Of a stretch of 64,000 nt of DNA, positions 10,055-22,805 are shown piece after piece. Within the stretch, counting starts at the first letter, position 1, and each line of letters opens with the position of its first letter. The position numbers were made by a program, and so were the translations under genes. The notes under the pieces were generated by a model. It was not told the origin of the DNA and did not search any database. It was given only the letters and a program-made list of their open reading frames with translations. This stretch comes from an uncultured Gemmatimonadales bacterium (GTDB lineage: Bacteria; Gemmatimonadota; Gemmatimonadetes; Longimicrobiales; Gaopeijiaceae), in NCBI GenBank assembly GCA_963809895.1, contig CAWELD010000003.1, forward strand, positions 2,432,001-2,496,000. The letters run 5' to 3'.

Positions 10055-12305
10055 TCAGCGACGGATAGGCTCTGCGATCCGGCCGTCCACCCCGGTGGAG
10101 GGCACCAGCTCCAACGCGCGCCCCATGGGAGCGTGCAGAACCGCGTCGCCGCCCCGCGCGAACGCAACCACATGGCCGTTGGCCGCGTCTCTCACCACGA
10201 CGAGCGGGTTGTGCGCCGGGTCCCAGCGCAGCCGGACGCGCTCCCCGGGTAGACGCTCCACGGCGACCGCTGAAGGCGTCGCTGCAGCGGGGGCCCTTAT
10301 CTCGGTGGTCCGGACCCCGTCGCCGAGTCGAAGTGCTGCCAGTGCTCGCCCCGGATCTACCGGTACTGCGAAGGCGAACACGGCCGCTCCGTCGCCGACG
10401 TCGGCCACAGGCGTCGGCCGGAAACTCAGGTCGAAGACGCTGGCGCCGGTATCGTCCACGCCCTGGAGCCGGTACGGCCCCGCCTCGGCCGGGAGCGAGG
10501 GGGGCACCACCGCCCTGAACGCCGGCTCCAACACCAACGAGTCGCCCTCCGCCCGACCCCACACGATCAGCGATTCCGTCGGCTGACGAGAGGCGAGCGT
10601 CGCGGCCTCCGCCTCGGCGGCCCGGAACGCCAGCACGCCTTCGTACGTGTAGTCGCTGATCCAGAAGCGGTCGCCACAGTACGTGTAGGCCATGATGTCC
10701 GTGCGGTCCGGAAGCGGAATGCTGGAGTTCTTGATGTCGAAGCCGTAGATGCCGGTCGCCGCGTCGGCGTACGGGTAGTCTTCGTCCACACCTTCGGCTG
10801 TGCCGCACGGAGGATGACGACGCCCCCACGTGTGGCCCAGTTCATGGGCCACCAGAAGGGATTCCGTTTCCACCCCCACCGCCGCGGGCCCGCCCACCAT
10901 CCCCCATCCGCTCCACGCCGCGTTCTCCACGGAGGGCAGGACGCCGTAGTAGTAACGCTGGGATCCGTCGGCCACCCTGGCCGCCAGCACGCTGGCGACG
11001 ATGGGCGGGAAATCTTCGGACTGGCGGAGGTCGTACTCGCTGAGGTCCAGCGGCTCCCCCCTCACATCGCCGTCGATCTCGTCCAGCGGGTACATGCTCT
11101 CCACGTACCAGAGCATGAGCTCCGGGTTGTCGATGGCCCCCACCGCCCCGTTCACCAGGATCGGCACGAAGGTGACCTTGAACGGCGCGACCTCCTCCAC
11201 CACCGGCGACATGACCGCACCTCCACCGGGAAAGTCGTTGTCGCCCTCGTCGGTCTCCCCGATCTCGTCCTCGGGATCGACCTTCACCTCCACGCGGAGA
11301 CCGGGCGCCACCCACCGACCCTGCATCTTCAGGTTGTAGGAGCCGGGGGAGGACTCGCTCACTCCGGGTCCAGGAACGAAGTCCGGCGACGGAGCGAGGA
11401 TCTGGTCCACCAGGACCGCACCCCCGGCGTCGCGCAATGTCACTCGCACGTCCGGGCGTTGGCCGGTGGCGCGGCTCGCCTCGACGAACACCCTCAGCAA
11501 CCCGTCTCGCCCCGCCACCAGTGGCACGTCTCCGTTCCAGCGCTGGACACCCTGCACCAGATAGGCATTGGCCACCGTCAGATCGAGCGTAGTGGGATCG
11601 GCCACCGCGGAAAAATGAACCTCGCCCACCGACCCACCCGCCACGCGAGCCGTCGCCTCGGCAGCGCCCGCCTCTCGACCCATGCTCCAGGTGGCCGAGG
11701 CCACGCCGTCGGCGCCGGTGATGTCGTTCGCGCCTTGCAGGGTGCCGGCGCCCGCCGCCCACTCCACCTGGGCGCCCGCCACCGGATTCCCCCAGTGGTC
11801 CTCGACGCGCACGCTCAGCGGCTCGGGCAACGGCTCACCCGCCTCGGCGTGCTGGCCGTCACCCGAGAGCGCCACCATCTCTTCCGGCGCTCCGCCGACC
11901 GCCGTGGCCCTGACGGTTGCCGGAGGCACGCCGGAGACGCTCACGGTCGCGGCCACCTCGCCGGCCGCCGTGCCGAGCGTCCAGGTGGCCGAGGCCCGTC
12001 CGTCGCTGCCGGTCTCGGTCGATGCGGGCGAGAAGTCCCCTCCACCGGTCGGAACCGACCAGCTCACCACGACTCCCGGCACGCCTCCTCCCTCCTCGTC
12101 GGTCACCCACACCGTGACCGGCGCCGGCAGGGCCGTCCCCACCGTGGCCTGCTGCCCGTCACCCGACAGCACTCTCACCTCGGTGGGGACCGGAGGCGAC
12201 GACGCGTCTCCCCCGCAAGCGAGGGCGAGGGCGGTGAGGAGAAGGGCGGCCCCGGCGCGGGACGGGGAGATCCGACGGGCTCGAAAGAACCGTGAGGTGA
12301 GCATT
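10055..12305 (-). CDS. Lipoprotein with Ig-like (Big_1) repeats and metzincin zinc peptidase (M66-like)
   Basis: Lipobox LALAC; two GDGQ...P.P..V.V.D..G.PV.G..V.W repeats; HELGHTWGRRH (HExxHxxGxxH) and Met-turn DIMAY; start set at MLTSRFF, not the ORF-track start. Confidence 0.8.
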
Positions 12306-12449
12306 GCTTGCCTGGCAGGCGACCGCTTCACGAGCTGGTCGGCGGGTCGCATCCACGTCTGGAACCGGACCGAGACCGGGTCCACTGCGGATAAGGTACG
12401 TCGCTTGCGACCGTTCATTTCGGTCGAGCCGGACGTACCGGCACGTCGA

Positions 12450-12481
12450 TTGCGATCTCCATCCTCGAAACATACAATGTA
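12450..12481 (+). promoter_or_regulatory. Sigma70-like promoter of padR #2 overlapped by a TACA-A-TGTA palindrome
   Basis: TTGCGA (12450-55), 17-nt spacer, TACAAT (12473-78); palindrome 12473-12481. Confidence 0.6.
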
Positions 12482-12518
12482 GTGATCGTAGCCCAGGTCA
12501 CCCCGACGGAGGCAGGTC

Positions 12519-12854
12519 ATGGCCCTCGGCGAACTCGAGCAGGTCGTCCTCTTTGCGCTCGCCCGCCTCGAAGGACAGGCCCACGGCGCCTCCATCTCAC
12601 GGGAGATCGAAGAGCGCGTCGACCGTGTCGTCGCGCCCGGCGCCCTCTACACCGTCCTGGACAGGCTCGAGAGCAAGGGGTTCGTCGAGTCGTGGATCGG
12701 TGACTCGACGCCCGAGCGGGGCGGCCGACGACGGAAGGAATACCGCCTTCTTCCGGAGGGCGCCCGGGAGCTGCGCGACTGGTACTCGGGAATCCGGAGG
12801 ATCGCCGAAGATGCGTTGCCGAACCTGGACGCCATCGCTGAGGGGGCGACATGA
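12519..12854 (+). CDS. PadR family transcriptional regulator #2
   Basis: LGELEQVVL, GALYTVLDRLESKG, ERGGRRRKEYRL; RBS GGAGG. Confidence 0.93.
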   Translation: MALGELEQVVLFALARLEGQAHGASISREIEERVDRVVAPGALYTVLDRLESKGFVESWIGDSTPERGGRRRKEYRLLPEGARELRDWYSGIRRIAEDALPNLDAIAEGAT

Positions 12855-15574
12855 CGCGCGGTCCGGATCCGCGCCCCCGCCGGACGCTGCTCTCCGTGTG
12901 CCGCGGACTGACGCGCTGGGTGGCGGAGCGCCTCCTGCCCGACGACAGCCGGGAGTTCATCGTCGGCGACCTCGAGGAGCTGCATCGTACCTGGACGGAA
13001 CGTCACGGAAGGGCGGCCGCCGACCGGCGGTACATCAGGGCGCTCGGAGCCTCCGTCCTGGCTCGCCTGGGAAGGAGAGCGCGGCGGCCGGCGCGAGACG
13101 CGTGGCGCTCCCGGACGCGCCACACGGAGGAGTTCGTCACCGACCTCCGCCACGCCGCCCGCGACATACGGCGACGCCCCGGACTCGTGGCGGCCGTCTC
13201 GCTCACGCTGGGCATCGGCGTGGGCGGCGCCGCCACCGTGTTCGGCATGGTGGATCAGCTTCTGTTGCGACCACCGCCGGGTGTCCACGACGCGGGGACC
13301 GCTGCCTTCCTGGAATTCGCCACGCCTGACCGTGGCCAGGAGGGGGTCTCCATTCCCCTCGCTCGAGCGGTGCGGGAGGCGGCGGGCACCCTGAGCGGCC
13401 TCGCCACATTCGACTACCTCCAGGTCCATCTCTCGGCCGATGGCGGCCGGCCCCTGAACAGGCGCTCCTACACCGTGTTCGGCGACTACTTCGAGCTACT
13501 GGAGGTGCGACCGCGCGTGGGACGTCTGCTCGCGGCATCGGAGACGGGCCCGGGCTCGGACCCGACGCGCGCCGTCATCAGCGAAAGCCTCTGGGACGAT
13601 CTGTTCGCCCGGGACCCGGACGTCGTCGGTCGGCACTTCGAAGCGAACGGGAAGACGCTCACGGTCCTGGGAGTCGCGGCGGAAGGATTCCGTGGCACGG
13701 ATCGGAGCTGGGGCGTAGACCTTTGGGTGCCGCGGTCGGCATTCTCGCTGCTGACGAACTATCCCATCGAGCGACTCTGGCTCGAGAGCAATCGACTGAA
13801 TCAGGATTTCGTGGTGAGGGCCGCCGACGGCGCGAGCACCGATGCGGTCGCATCCGAAGTGAACGCGATTCTCCAGGGTCTTGCCCAGGTCCAGCCGGAC
13901 CAGGCGACGTACCTGTCGACTCTGAAGGCGGTGGTTCATCCCGGCGTGACCATCCCGGTCGGTCGTCGCTCCTACGTCCTGCCGGCACTCACGGTGTTCT
14001 CGGTGGCGGGGCTTCTGATCCTTCTCATCACCTGCGCCAACGTGACGAACCTGCTCCTGGTACGCGCATCCAGATCAAGCGGGGAAATCGCGGTGCGGAG
14101 GGCGTTGGGGGCATCGAAGTCGCGCATCGTGCGAGGAGCGCTCGTAAGGAGCCTCCTGTTGGCCACGTCGGGCGTCGTGGTCGGGTTCGGCGTGGCGTGG
14201 TTGATCGGCCGCGCGATCCAGGGAGAGAGTCTCTGGGGATTCCCGGGATTCGAGGGACTCGCATTGGATTGGAGCGTGGTGATCTTTGCCGGCGGCTCGA
14301 TCGTGGTGACGGCGCTGCTGTCGGGGATCGTGCCGGCGATGGTCGAAGCGCGCTTCAAGCCGGAGGCCGGCCTACGAGACGTCGCACCTCAGGCCACGCG
14401 CCGCCACGATCGGCTGAGACACGCCATGTCGGCGCTCCAGATCGGACTCTCTCTGAGTCTACTCATCGGGAGTATCCTTCTGCTCCGCACCGTCAGAAAC
14501 CTCTTCGACGTGGATCCCGGCTTGGACATGGCCGGTGTCTACGTGGCCTCGATCGATATGGGAACCGAGAGCCTGGAAGGTGACGCCCTGCGCGCATTCC
14601 ACCGCCGACTCCTGGATGGCCTGGCCGACGTGCCGGGTGTCTCGGGCGTAGCGCTGCAGTCGTTCTACGGCCCCTATGAAGGCGCCCTCTCCAGTCGAGT
14701 CACGACATCACCCGACGCGGACGAAGCGCCCGCCTGGCTCGGCACCCACTGGGTGACGCCCGGTTGGTTCGATCTGCTCGGGGTCGCGGCGGTGCGCGGC
14801 CGCCTGTTCCGGGCCGGTGAATCGGCATCCGCGACCCACACGTCCGTCGTGGTCACGTCCAAGCTGGCGAATCGCCTGTTCGGCGGGACCGATGTGGTCG
14901 GACGCGCACTGTGGATCGGGGGCAGAGATCTTCACGAGGCCCGCATCATCGGGGTCGTGGGTGACGTCCGCTTGATAGATCTCGCGTCACCCCCCGATGA
15001 AGCCCTCTTCCTGCCCTACCCTCCCGATCAGACCGATCCCGTCACCGCCCTGATCCGGGTGACCGACAGTGGAGCCGGCGCAGCCGAGCGGCTCCAGCGT
15101 GCCATCGCGGCGCTCGCCCCAGCGTTCCCCATTCCGCAGCTTCAACTGCTACGCTCACGCGTCGAGGAGGACTTCTCGGAACAACGGGTCCTCTCCCGTC
15201 TCCTCGGGGTCTTCTCCACCCTCGCGTTGCTGCTGGCGGGCGTGGGCCTCTACGGAGTCATCGCCTTCACTGTGGCTGGAAGGCGGCGGGAATTCGCCAT
15301 TCGCATGGCGTTGGGGGCCGACCGGGCCAGGATCTCGAAGCTGGCCCTTCGATCGGCCCTGTTCCCTGTCCTCGTCGGCACGGCGCTGGGCCTGGTGGGC
15401 GCGTACGGTCTCTCCAGGCTCCTGGAGAGCCACCTCTTCGGAATCGCCGCGCTCGACCCCGCATCCTATCTCGGAGCCGCCGCGCTGATGGCCACGGTGG
15501 CGATCGTCGCCGCGTGGCTACCGGCCCGCACCGCTGCCCGTACCGACTCCGTGACCACGCTGGCCAGCGAGTAG
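12851..15574 (+). CDS. Duplicated orphan ABC permease (ADOP type) #2
   Basis: ATGA overlap with padR #2; IVGDLEE; LLITCANVTNLLL; EFAIRMALGA; LPARTAARTD. Confidence 0.92.
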   Translation: MTRGPDPRPRRTLLSVCRGLTRWVAERLLPDDSREFIVGDLEELHRTWTERHGRAAADRRYIRALGASVLARLGRRARRPARDAWRSRTRHTEEFVTDLRHAARDIRRRPGLVAAVSLTLGIGVGGAATVFGMVDQLLLRPPPGVHDAGTAAFLEFATPDRGQEGVSIPLARAVREAAGTLSGLATFDYLQVHLSADGGRPLNRRSYTVFGDYFELLEVRPRVGRLLAASETGPGSDPTRAVISESLWDDLFARDPDVVGRHFEANGKTLTVLGVAAEGFRGTDRSWGVDLWVPRSAFSLLTNYPIERLWLESNRLNQDFVVRAADGASTDAVASEVNAILQGLAQVQPDQATYLSTLKAVVHPGVTIPVGRRSYVLPALTVFSVAGLLILLITCANVTNLLLVRASRSSGEIAVRRALGASKSRIVRGALVRSLLLATSGVVVGFGVAWLIGRAIQGESLWGFPGFEGLALDWSVVIFAGGSIVVTALLSGIVPAMVEARFKPEAGLRDVAPQATRRHDRLRHAMSALQIGLSLSLLIGSILLLRTVRNLFDVDPGLDMAGVYVASIDMGTESLEGDALRAFHRRLLDGLADVPGVSGVALQSFYGPYEGALSSRVTTSPDADEAPAWLGTHWVTPGWFDLLGVAAVRGRLFRAGESASATHTSVVVTSKLANRLFGGTDVVGRALWIGGRDLHEARIIGVVGDVRLIDLASPPDEALFLPYPPDQTDPVTALIRVTDSGAGAAERLQRAIAALAPAFPIPQLQLLRSRVEEDFSEQRVLSRLLGVFSTLALLLAGVGLYGVIAFTVAGRRREFAIRMALGADRARISKLALRSALFPVLVGTALGLVGAYGLSRLLESHLFGIAALDPASYLGAAALMATVAIVAAWLPARTAARTDSVTTLASE

Positions 15575-15586
15575 ACGCGCCCGACC

Positions 15587-17533
<1,947 letters not shown>

Positions 17534-17566
17534 TCAGGGATGGGGTTCCGGGGAAGGGGCCGTGCC

Positions 17567-17875
17567 CTATCCTTCCTCCGACAGCACGAAAACCAGCTTC
17601 TCCAGGGGAGCGTCCTCGTGGCCCTCGTTGAGCCGTGAGAGGATCTCCCCCTTGATCATGTTCAGCTCCATCAGCCAGGCGCTGGAGCGCACCTCCACGA
17701 ACAGCGTGGCCTCGGCCACGGAGCGGGGCCGGGTCACCCCGGCGATGCGCTCCCCTACCCTGGCGGCCCACTCCTCCAACACCGAGGCCCGCTCGACCTG
17801 GCGGCGCATCCCCTTCTTGTCGAGGAAGTCGCCGAGCAGGTCACCCACCCGCGTGGGACCCCTCGAGCCCGTCAC
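17567..17875 (-). CDS. DUF721 / DciA family protein
   Basis: Lies between recF and gyrB; W...VGE.IA..T.P...LFVEV.SSAW..EL; GTGA overlap with recF. Confidence 0.88.
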   Translation of the reverse strand: MTGSRGPTRVGDLLGDFLDKKGMRRQVERASVLEEWAARVGERIAGVTRPRSVAEATLFVEVRSSAWLMELNMIKGEILSRLNEGHEDAPLEKLVFVLSEEG

Positions 17876-18990
17876 GTCTGGATCCTGCCACCGGCGATGT
17901 GCCAGCGCGGCAGCACGTCTTTCCGTAGGCGCACGTCGCTCTCCTTGGGCGCCGTGAGGATGACCTGTCCGGTCTCCTCACGCTCGATCAGCGCCAGGAT
18001 GCGCTCCCCCCGCCCCTGGTCCAGCTCGGCGAAGACATCGTCCAGCAGCACCAATGGCTCCTGGCCCCGGGCCTCACGAATGGTGCGAGCTTCGGTGAGC
18101 CGGAGCGCCAGCGCCGCCGTGCGCCGCTGCCCGCCGGACCCGAACTCTCGAACCTCGAGATCCCGCTCCCCCTCCAACGAGATGGAGAGCTCGTCGCGGT
18201 GCGGGCCCACGACCGTGGTACCCAGGCGCCGCTCTCGCCCCGCCGAGTCGGCCAGCGCCTCGCCGAAGGCCGTGGCCATCCCCTCCAGCGTCGTCTCTCC
18301 GTCGAGACGCACGCTGGGCTTGTAGCTCTGCACGGCGCCCTGGCCCCCGGACACCTCCACGTAGAACGCCGTGAAGGCGTCCCCCCAACCCTCGATCCAG
18401 CGGGCCCGCTCGTACATGACGCGTGCACCGGCGCGGACCAGACCGTCGTCCCACAAGCCAACCATGTCAGCCGACTGATCCTCCTTCAGAGCCGCGTTCC
18501 GCTGCGACAGGATGTGCCTGTATTCCTGGAGCGCGCCCAGATAGCCCTCCGCATTGAGCGAGAGAACGATGTCGAGGAAGCGCCTCCGCTCCGCCGGTCC
18601 CTCGTTGATGAGCGACACGTCGGCAGGTGAGAACACGACCGCGGCCAATCGGCCCAGAGCGTCGGACAGGCGTTCGGGCTCGCGCCCCTCCACGGTGACC
18701 TTCTTCCGCCTTCCGCTGCGCTGGAAGGCCGCCGTCAGCGTGGGTCGGGGCGCGCACTCCTCGTCCTCCAGCCCGGCCACGATCCGAAACGCCTCTTCGC
18801 CGAAGGCCACGAGCTGATCGTCCCGCGCTCCGCGGAAGGACCGGAAGGTCTCGAGATAGTAGATGGCCTCGAGGAGATTGGTCTTCCCCTGGGCGTTCTC
18901 ACCCACCAGGGCCGCACCTTCGGGGGGTACGGTCACCTCCTGGACGCCCAGGTTGCGGAAGTGCCGGAGGGACAGCTGTCTCAGGCGCAC
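17872..18990 (-). CDS. recF: DNA replication/repair protein RecF
   Basis: FRNL, GENAQGKTNLLEAI, GPHRDEL, GSGGQRR, LLDDVFAELD; start moved to GTG at 18990. Confidence 0.96.
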   Translation of the reverse strand: MRLRQLSLRHFRNLGVQEVTVPPEGAALVGENAQGKTNLLEAIYYLETFRSFRGARDDQLVAFGEEAFRIVAGLEDEECAPRPTLTAAFQRSGRRKKVTVEGREPERLSDALGRLAAVVFSPADVSLINEGPAERRRFLDIVLSLNAEGYLGALQEYRHILSQRNAALKEDQSADMVGLWDDGLVRAGARVMYERARWIEGWGDAFTAFYVEVSGGQGAVQSYKPSVRLDGETTLEGMATAFGEALADSAGRERRLGTTVVGPHRDELSISLEGERDLEVREFGSGGQRRTAALALRLTEARTIREARGQEPLVLLDDVFAELDQGRGERILALIEREETGQVILTAPKESDVRLRKDVLPRWHIAGGRIQT

Positions 18991-19237
18991 GCGCGCGCGT
19001 CGGGAGGGACTCCAATGGGCATGGAGAAAACTACCACATCCGGAGGTCCGGGACCACCCCGGCCGAGGGGCTGAAATGCCAGACGCCGCAACGATTTCGG
19101 GGCCATCCATCGGCAGACGGCTCAGCCCGGACTGACACCTTCGGAGGCCCATCGGCGTATTCATACCCGGAGCCATGATCGCGCTGGCGGCCGGGGGGAG
19201 CATCCGGCCGGACCCGCGACTCCCAGGGAGACCCGGA

Positions 19238-19636
19238 ATGCCCCTCTCGAAGACCCTTCGCCTGGCTGCGGCGGTGTTGTTCGCCGCAAGTCTGCCCTCG
19301 TGCGCCACCACCGCCCGCTATCCCGGGGATCGGCAAGCCAACGCGGTCACCATCGTCGTCAACAACAAGAGCTCGACGCTGAGCTCCATGACCGTGCACC
19401 TGCTGACTCCCGATGGCGTGCGCCAGCGCCTGGGCACGGTGAACCTGAACGAGTCCCGCTCCTTCACGGTCCAACGCGCGTACATCAGCGGCACCTACCG
19501 CCTCATGGCCGAGCCCCTGGGTCAGCGCGACCTCTACTCCCACGAGTTCACGCTCTCGGAAGGCGACCTCGTGGAATGGAACCTGAAGCAGAACTACGTT
19601 CAGCTTCGCGGGACGACGCGCACCTACGAGGACTGA
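19238..19636 (+). CDS. Hypothetical lipoprotein (beta-rich)
   Basis: Signal peptide with LPSC lipobox; GC3-biased codons. Confidence 0.75.
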   Translation: MPLSKTLRLAAAVLFAASLPSCATTARYPGDRQANAVTIVVNNKSSTLSSMTVHLLTPDGVRQRLGTVNLNESRSFTVQRAYISGTYRLMAEPLGQRDLYSHEFTLSEGDLVEWNLKQNYVQLRGTTRTYED

Positions 19637-19665
19637 GGCCCGTCGACGCGGACCTCGACCAGGGG

Positions 19666-20451
19666 TCAGCCGCCGCCGAACTCCGGCTTCCGCTTCTCCA
19701 GGAACGCCGTCATCCCCTCCTTCATGTCGTCGGTGGAGGCGAGCAGGCCGAAGAGGGCGGACTCGAAGTCCAGCGCTTCGCGGGTCGAGCTGTCCATGGC
19801 GCGATAGATGGACTCCAGCGCCATGCGCACCGCCACCGGACCATTCTTGGTCACCCGGCGGAGGGACGCCTTGGCACGCTCCAGCAACTCGGCGCGGGGG
19901 ACCACCGCGGTGACGAGCCCCATGGCTTCGGCTCGCGCGGCGTCCACCATGTCGCCGGTGAGCGTCATCTCCACCGCGCGGCCCAGGCCCACGAGTCGGG
20001 CCAGGCGGATGGTCCCGCCGTAGCCGGGAATGATGCCCAGCCCGACCTCGGGGAGGCCGAAGCGGGCGTTCTCGCTGGCGATGCGCATGTGGCAGGCCAG
20101 CGCCAGCTCGCATCCGCCCCCCAGCGCGTAACCGCCCACCGCGGCCAGCACCGGCTTGGGAAAACGCTCGATGGCCAGGTACACCGCCTGGCCCGCGCGG
20201 CTGACGGAGACGCCGGACTGGGGCGTCATCACCGCCAGCTCGCCGATGTCCGCGCCCGCGACGAACGCCTTCTCGCCGGCGCCCGTGACGATGACGCCGC
20301 GCACGTCGTCGTCGCCGCGAAGCTCCTCGAACACCTGGCCGAGCTCGCCGATGACCTCGGCGTTCAGGGCGTTCATCTTCTCCTGCCGGTCCACGGTGAC
20401 GACGGCGAGGTCACCGTCCCAGTCCACCCGGATGTAGTTCAGATCGCTCAT
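19666..20451 (-). CDS. Enoyl-CoA hydratase/isomerase (crotonase)
   Basis: AFVAGADI, ALGGGCELALAC, FGLPEVGLGIIPGYGGT. Confidence 0.95.
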   Translation of the reverse strand: MSDLNYIRVDWDGDLAVVTVDRQEKMNALNAEVIGELGQVFEELRGDDDVRGVIVTGAGEKAFVAGADIGELAVMTPQSGVSVSRAGQAVYLAIERFPKPVLAAVGGYALGGGCELALACHMRIASENARFGLPEVGLGIIPGYGGTIRLARLVGLGRAVEMTLTGDMVDAARAEAMGLVTAVVPRAELLERAKASLRRVTKNGPVAVRMALESIYRAMDSSTREALDFESALFGLLASTDDMKEGMTAFLEKRKPEFGGG

Positions 20452-20615
20452 CGGATTCGGTCGATGGAAAGGCCACACGGAAGGGCCGGACGCGGGGTCG
20501 GACCCGGAGCGGGGAACGTAGAGGGTGGACGTCCCACACGGCAATGGAAAAAGCCGGTCCGACCCCTTACCTTTGGCGCCCGTGCATCCCTCGCAGAGCA
20601 AGGAGTCCCAGCGCA

Positions 20616-21086
20616 ATGAGCCGGTCCCTGAACAAGGTCACGCTCATCGGCAACGTCGGCAGCGACCCCGAGATCCGGGCCACGTCCGGAGGGTCCCGCG
20701 TCGCCAAGGTGTCCCTGGCCACCAACCGGAGCTTCCAGGACCGGACCGGCCAGCAGCAGGAGAAGACCGAGTGGCATCGCCTCACCTTCTTCGGTCGGCT
20801 CGCGGACATCGTCGAGCAGTACGTCAAGAAGGGCGACCGCCTCTACGTCGAGGGACGGATCGAGTACTCCCAGACGCAGGACGACTCCGGCAACACGCGC
20901 TACTGGACCGACATCGTCATCAACGAGATGATCATGCTCGGCTCCGGCGGCGGAGGCGACATGGGAGGCGGCGATCCGGGTGGCAGCTACGGTGGCGGCC
21001 GCTCGGGTGGATTCGGTGGGGGTGGCCAGGGCGGCGGACAGGGCGGCGGCTCGCTCTCCGAGCCGGACGACGACCTGCCCTTCTGA
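20616..21086 (+). CDS. ssb: Single-stranded DNA-binding protein
   Basis: SLNKVTLIGNVG, TEWHR, Gly-rich linker, C-terminal DDDLPF. Confidence 0.98.
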   Translation: MSRSLNKVTLIGNVGSDPEIRATSGGSRVAKVSLATNRSFQDRTGQQQEKTEWHRLTFFGRLADIVEQYVKKGDRLYVEGRIEYSQTQDDSGNTRYWTDIVINEMIMLGSGGGGDMGGGDPGGSYGGGRSGGFGGGGQGGGQGGGSLSEPDDDLPF

Positions 21087-21103
21087 GGCTCACTTCGAAG
21101 AAA

Positions 21104-21145
21104 CGAAACCCCGCCGCGTCCGAATCGTGACGCGGCGGGGTTTCG
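21104..21145. terminator. Bidirectional intrinsic terminator between ssb and the cytochrome c gene
   Basis: CGAAACCCCGCCGCGTC / GACGCGGCGGGGTTTCG perfect 17-bp stem. Confidence 0.85.
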
Positions 21146-21167
21146 CACACTGCGGGGTCGTGGCGGG

Positions 21168-22064
21168 TCAGCCCTCGCCCCCCGTGGGACGCGGGGGCAG
21201 CGAACGCAGGAAGAGCCACACCGCCTGGAGCTCGTCGTCTTCCATGGAACGCGTGGAGCGCCACGGCATGACGTCCGACAGCTGGGTGCCGTCGGGCCGG
21301 CGTCCTTCCGTGAGTGCACGCTTGAAGTCCTCGAAGGCCCAGTTCCCCAGCCCCTCGTCGGGATTGGGCGTGAGGTTGGCCGAGCGAGGTGCGCCCGGCT
21401 GAATCTCGACGCCCCCGTTGAGCTCCTCGCCGTGGCAACCGGCGCACAACGTGGCGAGGTAGGCCCCGTATTCGCGGGTGGCGCCTCGGGCGGGCGCTTC
21501 GACCGGCGATGCGTGGTGATCGATGCGGTTCGCCTCGACGAGTCCCCCGCTCGTGATGATCATGCGCGCCACCGGACCCAGGGTGCGTGGCCCGAGGTCG
21601 TGGTCGACGGGTGGCAGCGTCTGCAGGTAGGCTACGATGCGGCCCAGGTCACCGTCCCCGAGCCTGGCGTACTCCGACGAGGGCATGATGACGAGCAGTC
21701 GGCCGTCGTGCCCGATCCCGTGTCGTAGCGCCCGGAACCAGTCCTCCGGCGCGTTGGTGGCACCGACGCCGCCCTGCCCAGGCGTCAGGTTGGGTGCCAC
21801 GATGTGTCCCATGGGCGCCGCGTCGATCAGCACCTGGCCGCTCAGGTCCGGCCCATGACATTCGGTGCACCCGAACGCCACCGTCAGACGCTTGCCTTCG
21901 GCGAGGGATTCGGGGTCCGTGGGGATCGGCGGAACCCGCACCTCCACATCGAACGACTTCGACAGTTTGCGTGCGCTCAGCGCGTACACGCCCCCCACCG
22001 CCACCACCAACACGAGCACCAGCACACCCACGCCCACGACCAACCACTTCAGGACTCGCTTCAT
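21168..22064 (-). CDS. Membrane-anchored di-heme cytochrome c
   Basis: N-terminal TM; CTECH and CAGCH; NLTP motifs; MP axial Met. Confidence 0.93.
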   Translation of the reverse strand: MKRVLKWLVVGVGVLVLVLVVAVGGVYALSARKLSKSFDVEVRVPPIPTDPESLAEGKRLTVAFGCTECHGPDLSGQVLIDAAPMGHIVAPNLTPGQGGVGATNAPEDWFRALRHGIGHDGRLLVIMPSSEYARLGDGDLGRIVAYLQTLPPVDHDLGPRTLGPVARMIITSGGLVEANRIDHHASPVEAPARGATREYGAYLATLCAGCHGEELNGGVEIQPGAPRSANLTPNPDEGLGNWAFEDFKRALTEGRRPDGTQLSDVMPWRSTRSMEDDELQAVWLFLRSLPPRPTGGEG

Positions 22065-22068
22065 ACGC

Positions 22069-22416
22069 TCAACCTCCGGGATTGTCGACGTCCTCCTCCC
22101 ACAAGCCCATGAGATAGGTGTCGTAGAGATCGGGATGAGCCCGGTAGTCCTCGACCCACACCTCGAAGGGCGGAAGCACGACTCGCGCCGAGAGCCACTC
22201 CGTGGCCACCTGCATCATGCCCATGTATGAAACGTCGCCCACACCACCCCCTTCACGGGCGGCCTTCTGGGCAACGAGGTAGATTTCGTCCGGCGTGAGA
22301 TACAACAGCAGATCGGCGAGTTGGGCCGAACAGTAGTCCAGGTACTTCGCCCGGAGGATTCCCTCCGTCTCCTCACGACTCGGGTCGCGGGGCTTGGGCG
22401 GATCGGCGCCGTTCAC
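22069..22416 (-). CDS. Hypothetical protein consisting of novel domain A only
   Basis: LRAKYLDYCSAQ...LPPFEVWVEDY; paralogous to ORFs at 23230 and 25230; GTG start at 22416 inferred. Confidence 0.8.
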   Translation of the reverse strand: MNGADPPKPRDPSREETEGILRAKYLDYCSAQLADLLLYLTPDEIYLVAQKAAREGGGVGDVSYMGMMQVATEWLSARVVLPPFEVWVEDYRAHPDLYDTYLMGLWEEDVDNPGG

Positions 22417-22601
22417 GCGGTGCCCCCGGAAGCTCGATGGGTCAGTCCCGCCACAGGAGCCGACTGCGCGCATCCGCAATGCCGCACCCGGCCGAGAACC
22501 AACCTATGGATGTCGCGGGTCGCGCACCTGCGCAAGGGCGGACACGATCCCCGGGGGTTGCCCGGAGCCCTTCGCGGGTAGCGACTTGCGACGTTCGGGC
22601 T

Positions 22602-22805
22602 TCAGGTGGCCAGCGGCGACGCCGTGGCTTCGGAGCCGGTATCGTCACGCCGCTCGCGCAGGTGACGATAGATGGATCGGCGCGTGAGTCCGTACAGCAC
22701 CACCCGGCTCAGGAACTCCGGGTCGCTCTTCTGAACCTCTTCGGCCTCGGCCGCGATGTCTCGGGGCAGACGAACGTTCAGTTGCACGGAACAGGTCTCC
22801 CACAT
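22602..22805 (-). CDS. Small ribbon-helix-helix-like protein (67 aa)
   Basis: SVQLNVRLPRDIAAEAEEV has an RHH-like beta-strand+helix pattern; RBS GGAG upstream of ATG 22805. Confidence 0.65.
   Translation of the reverse strand: MWETCSVQLNVRLPRDIAAEAEEVQKSDPEFLSRVVLYGLTRRSIYRHLRERRDDTGSEATASPLAT

Noticed and set aside
20940..21050. GGC-rich repeat-like stretch
   Set aside because: Encodes the normal Gly-rich linker of SSB
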